From Acidimicrobiales bacterium (GTDB lineage Bacteria > Actinomycetota > Acidimicrobiia > Acidimicrobiales > JBBRKR01), in contig JBBRKR010000007.1 of NCBI GenBank assembly GCA_038231795.1, positions 16,491 through 80,490 of the forward strand: a stretch of 64,000 bases of DNA, in the 5' to 3' direction. Below are positions 26,188-36,409 of the stretch, one piece after another (the first letter of the stretch is position 1; the number at the start of each line of letters is the position of its first letter). The position numbers and the translations under genes are program-made. A model generated the notes under the pieces. The model made no database searches. It saw nothing but the letters and a program-made list of their open reading frames with translations, and was not told the DNA's origin.

Positions 26188-28485
26188 GTGCGTTTTGTGG
26201 ATTTCAACAGCTTCGACCGTCGCCATTTCCTCGTCGCTTCGGCCACTGCGGCCGCTGCTGCGGTGGTAGCGAGTTGTACAGGCACATCGAAGACGTCCCA
26301 GATGAGCACCAAGCAATCGGCGGCGTCGACCACAACGACGACAGCACTGGCCACCACTACAACGACTGCGGCCCCGATCGTGGGCCTCGGCGCCGCGGCA
26401 CCGACAGCGGCGCAAGCGCTACATCCCATTGGCGCTCCCGGTCTCATGAGCGAAGCGGTCTATCAGCAACGTATCGACGGCTACCTCAAGGTGGCGACAT
26501 CAGTCGAGCAGCCCACCGATACCGTCGGCATTGCAAGCCACCTGATCCGTGCCGCCCGAGAGCCGAACTACCAGTGGAACATCGAGGCTGTCACCGTCGA
26601 ATCGCTCAAAGCAGCGTTCGACAAAATCGATACTTGGGACGACACTCGAGACTTTCAAATCATGTACATGCATTGGCTACTCGCCCTCGGCCAGGGCACC
26701 ACGGCGTCCACCAAACTGTCACCAAACCTGATCGACGCCATCGAGCTACGCATGGTGACTAACCGGTATCGCTACGACGATCCGCTGCCCGCAGATCGCG
26801 TCGACAACATGTGGTTCTGGTCCGAAAATCACCGCATCATTGGGCTCACTAACGAGTATCTGGCCGGGCAACGATTCCCCACCAAGACCTTTACGATTAC
26901 CGGCCTCACGGGAGCGCAACATCTGGCCAGATCACGCCCCGGCATCCTTGATTGGATCAACGAGCGGGCCAAGCTCGGCTTCTTCGAATGGCACTCAAAC
27001 GTGTACATGTTGAAGAACGTCTCGCCCCTTTTGACACTCGTCGAACTTGCCGATGATCCCGAAATCGTCACCGCAGCGGCCATGGCACTCGACCTGTGCC
27101 TCATCGATATGGCGGCCCACAACCACGCCGGCTGCTACACCGCCCCCCGAGGCCGGACCTACAAAAAAGACAAGATGTCGTCACTCGATGAGGACACGTT
27201 CGGCACCACCAAATTCATATTCGACGACACCAAAGCTCAGTACCCATCACTCGCTGACGCCGGCGCGGCGTACTTGTGCGCGGCCACTCGGTATCGTCCC
27301 GCCCAGCTCGTCATCGACATCGCGAAAGACCAACAAACGAGTGTCGTTCGCGAACGCCACGGCGTAGCGTTCGACGACCATTCACCCATAGTCGACAAGC
27401 CCGTGGCACCGTACGGCAAGGACTTCGAAGACCCCGCGAACTTGCCGTTCTGGTGGAGCCTGGGAGCACTCGGAATGTGGCCCATGACCCGCGTCAGCAT
27501 GGCAACAGCCAACAAATTTCGGCTGTGGGAATCAACAAGTTTTTCGGATGTCAAAGCCCTTGCGCTGGTGACCGGCGGCGATGTTGAGAAGCTTCGTGTG
27601 TGGTTGCAACAACGGGCGTCGGCAGTGAACTTCGGCTTTTTGGGCGAAGCCAATACGTACGCCTATCGCGAACCGAAAGTCTCGATGGCCAGCGTCATCG
27701 ATCATCGTTTCGGTTCGCTTCGCGATCAAGTGCATGCATGGCAAGCGGCGATCGACGAGGACGCCATGGTGTTCACCAACCACCCGGTGACCGACGTCAA
27801 AAAGACTCTCGATTGGGCAGACGACGGTAAGCCCGGATACTGGACCGGCGAAGCATCAATGCCTCGCACCGCACAGCACGAGGGCACTGCTATCCATATC
27901 TACCTACCGTCGTGGGACCAATCAACCGACCCGCTGGTGTGGTCCGTTCTTGGATACCAACCGCTCACCCACGCCTATGTGCCGCAAGACCATTTCGACG
28001 AGGTACGCCAAGTTGGGAATTGGACAATCGCCGCCAAAGCCGGCGCATACATCGCATTGTGGTCATGGCGCACGCCCACGTGGCGCGTGTACGACCCCAC
28101 AGTGTTGGCCACCAGAGGGATGAAAAAGCCATTCGATCTCGTGGCCGCCGGTGGGCCTGACAACGTGTGGATCTCCGAGGTGGGCACATTTGAAAACGCC
28201 GCCGAATTCGACAAAGCCGTCGCCGCTTTGACCGCCGCTCCGCCGCTGGTCGAACGTTCCACGACCGGATTCACGGTGGCGTGGACGTCGCCTCGGGCCG
28301 GGGCTATTGCATTCGGTTCCAAAGGCCCATTCACCGTGGCGGGCAAGACGCAGCCCATCGCCGATTTCAAACGTCACGAATCGCCATGGGGATCAGTCGA
28401 CCATGAATCAATGAAGTACGCCTTGGCCGCGGGCGCGTCGAAATGGTCGGCCGATTTCGACGATCTCACCCGCAGCGTGTCGTAA
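26188..28485 (+). CDS. Large Tat-signal lipoprotein of unknown function with a Thr-rich linker
   Basis: Twin-arginine motif FDRRHFLVASATAAAAAVVASC, ending in a lipobox Cys, then STTTTTALATTTTTA. Start at GTG 26188 or GTG 26197. The annotated ORF start at 25894 would overlap the divergent P450. Confidence 0.6.
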   Translation: MRFVDFNSFDRRHFLVASATAAAAAVVASCTGTSKTSQMSTKQSAASTTTTTALATTTTTAAPIVGLGAAAPTAAQALHPIGAPGLMSEAVYQQRIDGYLKVATSVEQPTDTVGIASHLIRAAREPNYQWNIEAVTVESLKAAFDKIDTWDDTRDFQIMYMHWLLALGQGTTASTKLSPNLIDAIELRMVTNRYRYDDPLPADRVDNMWFWSENHRIIGLTNEYLAGQRFPTKTFTITGLTGAQHLARSRPGILDWINERAKLGFFEWHSNVYMLKNVSPLLTLVELADDPEIVTAAAMALDLCLIDMAAHNHAGCYTAPRGRTYKKDKMSSLDEDTFGTTKFIFDDTKAQYPSLADAGAAYLCAATRYRPAQLVIDIAKDQQTSVVRERHGVAFDDHSPIVDKPVAPYGKDFEDPANLPFWWSLGALGMWPMTRVSMATANKFRLWESTSFSDVKALALVTGGDVEKLRVWLQQRASAVNFGFLGEANTYAYREPKVSMASVIDHRFGSLRDQVHAWQAAIDEDAMVFTNHPVTDVKKTLDWADDGKPGYWTGEASMPRTAQHEGTAIHIYLPSWDQSTDPLVWSVLGYQPLTHAYVPQDHFDEVRQVGNWTIAAKAGAYIALWSWRTPTWRVYDPTVLATRGMKKPFDLVAAGGPDNVWISEVGTFENAAEFDKAVAALTAAPPLVERSTTGFTVAWTSPRAGAIAFGSKGPFTVAGKTQPIADFKRHESPWGSVDHESMKYALAAGASKWSADFDDLTRSVS

Positions 28486-28495
28486 AATCAATCCC

Positions 28496-29545
28496 GTGAC
28501 TCATCGATTGGCGGTTGTCGGCGCCGATCACCAACACGTTTTTCAAATCGTGAACGACCTGGCACATGCCGGCGTCGAAGCTGCTGCGCACACGACCAGT
28601 GGCGCGCTGATTGGCGAATACGCGAAGTGGCAGCCACGATCACAGGAGCGCGTATTCCATGAGATCCTGGCCGACGACACGATCGATATCGTGGTCGTTG
28701 CAGGGGTGCCAAGCGAACGAGCATCGGCTGCCGTCGCCGCGCTGCGAGCCGGCAAATGGGTAGTGAGCGACAAACCAGGCGCCACCACAATCGATCAACT
28801 CAATGAAATTCGCGATGCCGCCGGCGGCTATTCCGGGCGACGGTGGACGGTGGTGTTTTCCGAACGACTCACCAGTCGATCGACAAAGCGAGCTGTCGAA
28901 CTCGCTCAGGGCGGGGCTATTGGAAACGTCGTCCACGTGATTGGTTCGGGGCCCCATCTACTGGCCGCCCGACACCGGCCTGCGTGGTTCTGGGACCCCA
29001 TAAGTAGCGGCGGAATTCTCGCCGATATTGGGTCTCACCAAGTGGATCAATTCCTCACAATCGTTGGCCCGGCGGCTAGTGAGGTGGCTGCGGTAACGGC
29101 CGCCGAAGTCGGCAACGCTGCCAACCCCGACCACCCTCACATGGAAGATATTGGAGCCATGACCATCGTGGCCAGGAGTGCCACGGGAGCGCCCATCCGC
29201 GGCGATTTTCGCGTCGACTATTTGACGGCCAAGGGACTCGGCACATGGGGCGACGTGCGCCTCACCATCATCGGCACGGCGGGCACGATCGAGTCTCGAT
29301 CCAATATCGATATCGGCGGTGCACCAGGTGCCGATCATCTCTTGCTCGTTGATCAATCTGCTGCGGTCCGGGTTGATGTGAGCGACGTTCGACTCGATTG
29401 GGCGGAGCTGTTAGTGGCCGATATCCACGACAGCGGAGAACGGTTGATGCCTATCGATCACCCGTTTCGTGTGACGGAACTCAGCATCAAGGCACAGATG
29501 CTGGCCGGCGTTTGGGGAACTGGCGCAACGGCGATGCGCCCATGA
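28496..29545 (+). CDS. Gfo/Idh/MocA-family oxidoreductase
   Basis: 349 aa. N-terminal Rossmann region (LAVVGADHQH...), a family-like core and a C-terminal alpha/beta domain. Confidence 0.65.
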   Translation: MTHRLAVVGADHQHVFQIVNDLAHAGVEAAAHTTSGALIGEYAKWQPRSQERVFHEILADDTIDIVVVAGVPSERASAAVAALRAGKWVVSDKPGATTIDQLNEIRDAAGGYSGRRWTVVFSERLTSRSTKRAVELAQGGAIGNVVHVIGSGPHLLAARHRPAWFWDPISSGGILADIGSHQVDQFLTIVGPAASEVAAVTAAEVGNAANPDHPHMEDIGAMTIVARSATGAPIRGDFRVDYLTAKGLGTWGDVRLTIIGTAGTIESRSNIDIGGAPGADHLLLVDQSAAVRVDVSDVRLDWAELLVADIHDSGERLMPIDHPFRVTELSIKAQMLAGVWGTGATAMRP

Positions 29546-30573
29546 TGCGGGTCGGCATCGTGGGCTTGGGTATTGGACAGCTCCACTTACGCGCGTGGTG
29601 GAAAGTCGAAGGGGCCAACACCGTCATCGTGGCCGATAGCGATGTCGAACGTGCTCGAACGACTGGCGAGGCCCGCGGTCTTCGGTGGGCGACGTCGCTC
29701 GACGAAGTACTCGCCGCTGGCGTCGACATTGTGGATTTGTGCACTCCTCCCGAGATGCACGAAGCACAGATCTTGCAGTGCCTCGCGGCTGGCGTACACG
29801 TGATTTGTGAGAAGCCTCTGGTGGGTTCAATCGATGCGTGCGAACGGCTTCGCGTCGCGGCGAAGGCCGCCGAGGAATCGTCTGGCGCGTTACTCATGCC
29901 GATCATGCAGTACCGCTTCGGCGAGGGCGCTGCGCAAGCCCGAGCGCTGATCGAAGCCGGCCTCACCGGCAGGCTCTACACGGCGTCGGCTGCCACGTGG
30001 TGGCGACGCGATCGCGCCTACTACGACCAGGCTGCGTGGCGCTCCACACGGGCTGGCGCATTGGGCGGCACGCTGGTGAACCATGCCCTACATATCCATG
30101 ATTTGTTGACCTGGATTGGCGGCCCTGTAGTAGCGCTCAACGGTCAGATTGCCACGCGGGTCAACGAGGTGGAGACTGAGGATTGCGCAGTCGCTATCGC
30201 CCGCACAATCGACGGCGGGCTGGCGTCGATGAATGTGACTTTGGGGGCAGCAGTCGAGAGCTCACGTCTCACGTGGCACTTCGAAAATCTGAGCATCGAA
30301 TCGACAACGGACCCCTACAATCCAGCACGGGGGCCGTGGACGTTCGACTACCGCAGCGACGCCACTGAAGCGGCCGCAGCTCGCGTGATGGCAGCTGCCA
30401 CCTCACAAGTTGGCGAACAATACGTCGGCCAGTTCCAGGCCTTCGTGGATGGCATCGAGCACGGTCGCCTACCTGTCACTCTCGACGATGCTCAAGACGC
30501 GATCGCACTGGCCGCCGCGTGGTACACCTCCGCCGAAACCGGAAGTTGGGTCGACCTCCAGCGAACTCGTTAG
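29542..30573 (+). CDS. Gfo/Idh/MocA-family oxidoreductase
   Basis: MMRVGIVGLGIGQLHL...VICEKPL. The ATG overlaps the upstream stop (ATGA). Confidence 0.75.
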   Translation: MMRVGIVGLGIGQLHLRAWWKVEGANTVIVADSDVERARTTGEARGLRWATSLDEVLAAGVDIVDLCTPPEMHEAQILQCLAAGVHVICEKPLVGSIDACERLRVAAKAAEESSGALLMPIMQYRFGEGAAQARALIEAGLTGRLYTASAATWWRRDRAYYDQAAWRSTRAGALGGTLVNHALHIHDLLTWIGGPVVALNGQIATRVNEVETEDCAVAIARTIDGGLASMNVTLGAAVESSRLTWHFENLSIESTTDPYNPARGPWTFDYRSDATEAAAARVMAAATSQVGEQYVGQFQAFVDGIEHGRLPVTLDDAQDAIALAAAWYTSAETGSWVDLQRTR

Positions 30574-30576
30574 GGT

Positions 30577-31041
30577 TTGGAGATGCATGCTTCCGTCACA
30601 CTTCACATGAACGCCACGCCCGCCAAGGTGTGGGGGCTCGTCAGCGACATCACCAAGATGGGTACATACAGCCCAGAAGTTTTCGAAGCTGAATGGCTCG
30701 AGGGAGCCACTGGCCCGGTTCTCGGTGCGAAATACCGAGGCCATGTGAAGCGAAACGAAATCGGTCCTACCTATTGGACCACGTGCGAGGTCACGGAATG
30801 CACACCAGGCGAAGTGTTCGAGTTCGCAGTTGTGATGGGCGGCAAGCCGGTGAACACGTGGCGTTACGCATTCGCACCGGGTGCCAACGGCGGCACAGAT
30901 GTCACAGAATCATTCCGATTGGCCGATAACTTTCTCACGAAACTATGGCGGCCTTTGGGCGGATTCCTTCGCGAACGACGCAACTCGCGCGACATGATGC
31001 GCACACTCGAAAAAATCAAGGCCGTCGCCGAGACCGATTAA
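30577..31041 (+). CDS. SRPBCC-superfamily protein (polyketide cyclase/dehydrase-like)
   Basis: 154 aa. The opening VTLHMNATPAKVWGLVSDITKMGTYSPE is typical of SRPBCC. Confidence 0.65.
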   Translation: MEMHASVTLHMNATPAKVWGLVSDITKMGTYSPEVFEAEWLEGATGPVLGAKYRGHVKRNEIGPTYWTTCEVTECTPGEVFEFAVVMGGKPVNTWRYAFAPGANGGTDVTESFRLADNFLTKLWRPLGGFLRERRNSRDMMRTLEKIKAVAETD

Positions 31042-31087
31042 TCGAGCGGCGCTACTACATTCTCGCCCGACCCATGAAAGGCAACAC

Positions 31088-31540
31088 ATGAACGACGACC
31101 TAAACCTCGGCGACACTCACTTCAGCAGGACTTACGACGCTCCAATTGAGCTCGTATTCGATTGCATGATTACGCCTGCGCATCTCACAAATTTCTTCGG
31201 GCCGTACGGCATTAGCGCCCCGCTCCACACCATCGTGATTGATCCCCAACCAGGGGGCGTGTACGACATCGTGATGACGAACGACGCCAACGGCGAGCAG
31301 TATCCCAACCACGGCATCATCGAAGTAATCGAACGCCCCACCAAGCTCGTCACCCTCGAGCCTGACGTGCCAGGCGGCGGCATGCGTTCCACCCAGACCT
31401 ACACCGACCTCGGCGATGGCCGCACACGTGTCGACGTCGATCAGTCCGGAGTTCCTGAGATGTATCGCTCGCCAGAAGCCAAGGCCGGCATGGAAACGAG
31501 CTTTGATCGGTTCGCCGAATACCTCAAGTCGATCAAGTAA
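31088..31540 (+). CDS. SRPBCC-superfamily protein (AHSA1/START-like)
   Basis: 150 aa. The region FSRTYDAPIELVFDCMITPAHLTNFFGP resembles the Aha1-like domain. Confidence 0.65.
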   Translation: MNDDLNLGDTHFSRTYDAPIELVFDCMITPAHLTNFFGPYGISAPLHTIVIDPQPGGVYDIVMTNDANGEQYPNHGIIEVIERPTKLVTLEPDVPGGGMRSTQTYTDLGDGRTRVDVDQSGVPEMYRSPEAKAGMETSFDRFAEYLKSIK

Positions 31541-31552
31541 AAAGATTTACAG

Positions 31553-32926
31553 TCACGCCGGCTTAGCCGGCGTGTCGAGCCACGTCGTAAAGAACGCTCC
31601 GAGTTGCTGATGCGACAGGCGTTGTGACAGCTCGATGAAGTCGGCTGTCGAGGCACTGCCGTAGCGGTGTTCACTCGTCCACGTGCGCAAGATTCTGAAG
31701 AACACATCATCGCCCACCAACCGGCGCAAGGCGTGCAGCGTTAAGGCACCACGGGTGTACACCTGGTCGCTAAACAGCACAGACGCGTTGGGCAACGTGT
31801 TTGGCCCAATGGGCTGAGTCCAATACACATCGCCTGCCGGGTAGCTCGCCATCGTGGCGTCGAACGTGGCGTCGGCCGTGACGCCGCCATCGTGTTCGGC
31901 CCACATCCACTCTGTGTATCCCGCGAAGCCTTCGTTGAGCCACATATCGGGCCACTGCGTAAGGCTCACGCTATTGCCGACCCATTGATGCGACAGCTCA
32001 TGCACCACGGTCGAATCATCGGGCACATACGTGTAGGTGGGGCGCGTTTGGGTCTCCAACGCATAGCCCACGTTTGGCGCGTCGGTCACGATGGAACCCA
32101 CGGATTCAAATGGGTACGGGCCGTAAATCCCAGACAGCCAATCGATCATTTCCGGTATCCGATCGAGCGCCGGCGCGGCGGCAGCCTCTAGGCCCGGTTG
32201 CACGGCGTTGATCACCGGCAAACCACTCGCAGTCTTGTATTTCGTGACCGTGTAGTGGCCGATCGCCACCGTGGCCAAGTAGGGCGCCATGGGCTTGGTT
32301 TCCGACCACGAGTAGGTGGTTCGGTCACCTTTGGTTTTGGGACGATCGGGCAGGCCGTTGCTGACCACCACCAAATCGTTCGGGACCGTCACCTCAATTT
32401 CGAAGGTGGACTTTTCATTCGGGTAGTCGTTGCTCGGAAACCACGTCGGAGAGCCCTGTGGTTCGCTCAAGGCGGTAATTCCATTGTCGGTGTAGATCCA
32501 GCCATCTGGCGAACCGTCAGGGTCATACACGGTCTCTGGCGTGCCCTGGTATTTGACGTCGATCTGCATGTGCGTACCGTTGCGAATTCGGCGACGAGGT
32601 TGGATGGTGAGCTCTTGGCCGTCACGTGTGAAACGGGCAGAGGCGCCGTTTACTTCGACGGACTTCACCGTGAAGCCACGCAGATCAAGATTGAATCGAT
32701 CAAGTTCTTGGGTGGCAGTAGCGGAGATTTCCGCAGTCGATTTCAACATTGACGTGGCGGGATCCCACGACATTTCGAGGTGGTAGTCGGCCACGTGGTA
32801 GCCGCCGTTTCCGCTATTGGGGAAGAACCTGTCACCAAGGCCCGACGAGCCGTTGGGCGCTGCCGCCCACGCTGGCGACGCCATCGCCACGATCGCCACT
32901 ACGCATACCCCTACGAAACGTTTCAT
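31553..32926 (-). CDS. Secreted M1-family zinc metallopeptidase (aminopeptidase N-like)
   Basis: HELSHQWVGNSVSLTQWPDMWLNEGFAGY (HExxH-x18-E). Signal peptide MKRFVGVCVVAIVAMASPAWA from ATG 32926. Confidence 0.85.
   Translation of the reverse strand: MKRFVGVCVVAIVAMASPAWAAAPNGSSGLGDRFFPNSGNGGYHVADYHLEMSWDPATSMLKSTAEISATATQELDRFNLDLRGFTVKSVEVNGASARFTRDGQELTIQPRRRIRNGTHMQIDVKYQGTPETVYDPDGSPDGWIYTDNGITALSEPQGSPTWFPSNDYPNEKSTFEIEVTVPNDLVVVSNGLPDRPKTKGDRTTYSWSETKPMAPYLATVAIGHYTVTKYKTASGLPVINAVQPGLEAAAAPALDRIPEMIDWLSGIYGPYPFESVGSIVTDAPNVGYALETQTRPTYTYVPDDSTVVHELSHQWVGNSVSLTQWPDMWLNEGFAGYTEWMWAEHDGGVTADATFDATMASYPAGDVYWTQPIGPNTLPNASVLFSDQVYTRGALTLHALRRLVGDDVFFRILRTWTSEHRYGSASTADFIELSQRLSHQQLGAFFTTWLDTPAKPA
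31554..31574. terminator. Perfect 9-bp hairpin between convergent genes (candidate bidirectional terminator)
   Basis: CACGCCGGC-TTA-GCCGGCGTG lies 14 nt after the SRPBCC stop and overlaps the last codons of the peptidase gene. An A/T-rich tract AAAAGATTT flanks it on one side only. Confidence 0.45.
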
Positions 32927-32989
32927 TACGCCGCCCTTGTTGGTCACTACTGTGAGCGACCGTACCACGGTGAGCGACGATTTTCACGT

Positions 32990-34006
32990 TCAGAGCGAAG
33001 CCAGGTCGAGTGCTTCTCGAAGCTCGTCGGGAGTCATCATGCCCGGCCGCTGATGTTGTCGGGCAGCAGAGGTCACCAGCCGACCAATTGCGTCGTTGAC
33101 GGGAGTCGGCACGCCGGCCAGACGGCCCAGCAACGTGACCTCACCGTTGAGGTAATCGGCCTCGATTCGCCCAGTACCACGGGCCATTGATTGCCAAGTA
33201 GAGCCGCCGCTGGATTCCACTCCCCCTGCTGCTTGCAACGGCAACAGGTGATGCCGCCGTTGTTCCTCTTCCATCTGAGAAACAGCATCAATATTGTTGG
33301 CAATCAAACATGCTTTGCCTTCACGACGAGCCATCGTTAGGAGGTCGCCAACGCCTGCGAGGTCGGTGCAGAGGGCTTGGAACGCATTCATCACATTGGT
33401 CAACAACTTGGCGTATTTCCAGCGCATAATGTCGGGCCTGGCCACTGCATCAAAGGCCGATTCGCGTAGGTCGTTGGCCATGATTTCCGCCAGCGCATCA
33501 ACGGTACGCTCGACACCGGCGGCGCTCCCGGGGTAGCGGCCCACGTCAAACACGCCAGAGTATGGCGCGGTATGGACACGTACGAGCCCGGGCGTTGTGA
33601 AGGTCGAAATAAGAAAGTTGTACGCGCCATACACATTGGCGAAATGACGCAACGCCAGCCGCTCCGTTTCAACGCCGTTCTGCGCGCACACGACGCTCAC
33701 ATCATGCGGCGCCACTCGGGTGAGCTCGTCGATCACATCTGCCGAATCCTGAGTTTTCACAGCGAGGACCACCACGTCGTCAGATGTGATGTTGGCCGCC
33801 TCAAAATCGCCCACCACAGGCACCTTGAGCGTCACGTCAGATTGAGGACACACGATGCGCAGGCCATCTCGGCGAAGCACATCGAGGTTGGCGCCGCGTG
33901 CTACGAGAACCACGTCGCGCCCGTGCTGGTGCAGACGCCCGCCGATTACCGCGCCAACTGCACCGGCACCCACAATCACATAACGGGGACTTTGGATCAC
34001 AGTCAT
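32990..34006 (-). CDS. Ketopantoate reductase (PanE/ApbA) family oxidoreductase
   Basis: YVIVGAGAVGAVIGGRL Rossmann motif and family-like length (338 aa). Confidence 0.65.
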   Translation of the reverse strand: MTVIQSPRYVIVGAGAVGAVIGGRLHQHGRDVVLVARGANLDVLRRDGLRIVCPQSDVTLKVPVVGDFEAANITSDDVVVLAVKTQDSADVIDELTRVAPHDVSVVCAQNGVETERLALRHFANVYGAYNFLISTFTTPGLVRVHTAPYSGVFDVGRYPGSAAGVERTVDALAEIMANDLRESAFDAVARPDIMRWKYAKLLTNVMNAFQALCTDLAGVGDLLTMARREGKACLIANNIDAVSQMEEEQRRHHLLPLQAAGGVESSGGSTWQSMARGTGRIEADYLNGEVTLLGRLAGVPTPVNDAIGRLVTSAARQHQRPGMMTPDELREALDLASL

Positions 34007-34151
34007 CCACGAACACTACCGACGGCCGTCCAAGAGTGACGGCGTCGTGCCCACACCAAGGCCTGCGCCATGCAATTCGTTTACGTAGTGTGTCCAAATC
34101 GGGTTCATTCGATCGTCGTAGAGTTACCAACCCACTACAAGGAGACACACC

Positions 34152-34499
34152 ATGCGGTACCTACTCATGATCTGCGCCAACGAAGTATCCGAAGCTGAAG
34201 CGAGCCAAGAAGACACCACGGCCATGATGGCCGGGTACGCACAGTTCGCCGAGGAAATGAACGCCCGCGGTGTGCTTCGCGATGGCAACCGCTTGCATCC
34301 GGTCTCTAACGCCACCACCGTTCGGGTGCGCAACAGCGAGATCCTGAGCACCGATGGTCCGTTTGCGGAGACGAAAGAACAAATGGGCGGCTACTACATC
34401 GTGGATGTTGCTGATCTCGACGAAGCAATTGCCGTGGCCGCCAAAATTCCCAGTGCACAATTTGGATCGATCGAAATTCGACCGATCTGGGAAGAGTGA
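34152..34499 (+). CDS. YCII-related DGPF protein
   Basis: 115 aa. Contains the TDGPFAETKEQMGGYYIV motif. AAGGAG 8 nt upstream. The stop overlaps the sigma factor start. Confidence 0.8.
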   Translation: MRYLLMICANEVSEAEASQEDTTAMMAGYAQFAEEMNARGVLRDGNRLHPVSNATTVRVRNSEILSTDGPFAETKEQMGGYYIVDVADLDEAIAVAAKIPSAQFGSIEIRPIWEE

Positions 34500-35740
34500 G
34501 CGAAAAGCACGACACAGCAATCGATGGCGTATTCCGCCGCGAGTGGGGCCGAATTGTGGCCACAATTATCCGGGCGACCGGTGATTGGGATCTCGCGGAG
34601 GAATGCGCCGCCGAAGCATTTGCACGGGCCGCAGAACGATGGCCTCATGACGGCACGCCCGACAATCCGGGGGCATGGCTGACCACAACAGCTCGCAACA
34701 AGGCCACCGATACGTTGCGCCGAAAGGCCAATGAAAAGGTGAAGTTGGAGCAACGGATGACGATCGGCGAACCCGGCCCGATGGCGGCTGATCCAAGCAA
34801 CGGAATCACCGACGATCGTCTGCGCCTGATCTTCACCTGTTGCCATCCGGCGTTAACTCTCGAGGCACGGGTCGCCCTCACGCTGCGCACGCTGGCTGGC
34901 ATGTCGACTTCTGAAATTGCCAGCGCCTTCCTAGTGCCGGAAGCAACTATGGCGAAACGCATCGTGCGGGCAAAAGCAAAAATTTGCAACGCCGGCATCC
35001 CCTACCGCGTGCCATCTGGCCACGAGCTTCCCGACCGTTTGAACAGTGTGTTGGGTGTCATCTACGTGTTGTTCAACGAAGGGTACGCGGCAACGGCGGG
35101 CGACGATTTAGTGCGGACCGATTTGTGTGTAGAGGGAATTCGGCTCGCACAACTGGTCGCGGACCTCATGCCCGATGAGCCAGAAGCGATGGGACTTCTG
35201 GCGCTCACAATGTTGCACCACGCGCGGGCCTCGGGCCGGGCAGATGACGCCGGTCAACTCATCCCTCTCGAAACTCAAGATCGATCCTTGTGGGACGGTA
35301 TGGCAATCAAGGACGCGGGCCGAATTTTGGAAAAGGCATTGCGACGAGGCGAGCCAGGTCCGTACCAAATCCAAGCTGCCATCGCGGCCTGCCATGCCAA
35401 TGCGGCCACAGCAAGCGCAACCGATTGGACACAGATCGGGTTGTTGTACACCGAGCTGTACCGATTCGTGCCCACGCCTATCGTGGCGCTAAATCGTGCC
35501 GTGGCGGTTGCCATGGCCGACGGCCCCCATGCGGGGTTGGCCTGTATCGATGAGGCCGGGCTCAACGAGTCACTCGCCGATTACCACCTGCTCCACGCCA
35601 CCCGCGCCGACCTGTTCAGAAGACTCGGGCAACCTACAGCGGCACTCGCCGCCTATAAGCGTGCACTACTCCTCACTATTTCGGATCCCGAGCGGACGTA
35701 TCTACGAAACCGAATTGCCGAGGTAGCTGCTCTCGAGTAG
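34496..35740 (+). CDS. ECF sigma factor with a long C-terminal extension (ECF42-type)
   Basis: 414 aa. Sigma-70 regions 2 and 4 occupy the first ~170 aa (region 4 around [24 protein letters not shown]), followed by a ~240-aa helical extension. It is coupled to the DGPF gene. Confidence 0.8.
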   Translation: MSEKHDTAIDGVFRREWGRIVATIIRATGDWDLAEECAAEAFARAAERWPHDGTPDNPGAWLTTTARNKATDTLRRKANEKVKLEQRMTIGEPGPMAADPSNGITDDRLRLIFTCCHPALTLEARVALTLRTLAGMSTSEIASAFLVPEATMAKRIVRAKAKICNAGIPYRVPSGHELPDRLNSVLGVIYVLFNEGYAATAGDDLVRTDLCVEGIRLAQLVADLMPDEPEAMGLLALTMLHHARASGRADDAGQLIPLETQDRSLWDGMAIKDAGRILEKALRRGEPGPYQIQAAIAACHANAATASATDWTQIGLLYTELYRFVPTPIVALNRAVAVAMADGPHAGLACIDEAGLNESLADYHLLHATRADLFRRLGQPTAALAAYKRALLLTISDPERTYLRNRIAEVAALE

Positions 35741-36409
35741 ATGCGGATTGCTCAATAGGTGAGCTGCAGACCCCTCAAGCGACAGTTCGCCGTGGCTCAA
35801 AACATAGGCTCTATCGGCCACGCCCAGCACCAAGTGGACGTGTTGCTCAACCACCAAAATGCCTACTCCAGTGGACTCGGCAATTTGGCGAAGAACTGGT
35901 AGCAATCGCTCCACAATGATGGGTGCCAATCCGAGGCTCATCTCGTCGACCATCAGCAATTTCGGGTGCCCATTCAATGCACGGGCCATAGCCAACATTT
36001 GCTGCTCGCCACCCGACAACAGCCCAGCGCGTCGGTCCATCAGCTTTTCGAGTTCCGGGAAGTATTCAAATGTCTTCTCGGTTGCAGGGGCGCCTCGTTT
36101 GAGACCAAGGCGCAAATTTTCCCGCACCGTCAATTGATAGAAAAGGCTGCGATCTTCTGGCACGTGAGCAAGCCCTGACCTGGCAACATGATGTGCTCGG
36201 CGGCCGGCGATCGATTGGCCAAAAACTTTGATGTCCCCTTTGAACATCTGGTTCAGTCCCGACACGGTGAGCAGTGTGGACGTCTTGCCCGCACCGTTTG
36301 GCCCGAGTAGGGCCACGATCTCGCCCTCGCCCACCGTCAAGTTGAGATCGCGCACCACTGGGACGCCGTTGTAGCCGGTGGACATGTCAGTGATCTCGAG
36401 AAGCGTCAT
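35702..36409 (-). CDS. livF: Branched-chain amino acid ABC transporter ATP-binding protein
   Basis: GPNGAGKTS Walker [11 protein letters not shown] signature, LLMVDEMS Walker B. Confidence 0.85.
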   Translation of the reverse strand: MTLLEITDMSTGYNGVPVVRDLNLTVGEGEIVALLGPNGAGKTSTLLTVSGLNQMFKGDIKVFGQSIAGRRAHHVARSGLAHVPEDRSLFYQLTVRENLRLGLKRGAPATEKTFEYFPELEKLMDRRAGLLSGGEQQMLAMARALNGHPKLLMVDEMSLGLAPIIVERLLPVLRQIAESTGVGILVVEQHVHLVLGVADRAYVLSHGELSLEGSAAHLLSNPHLLESSYLGNSVS

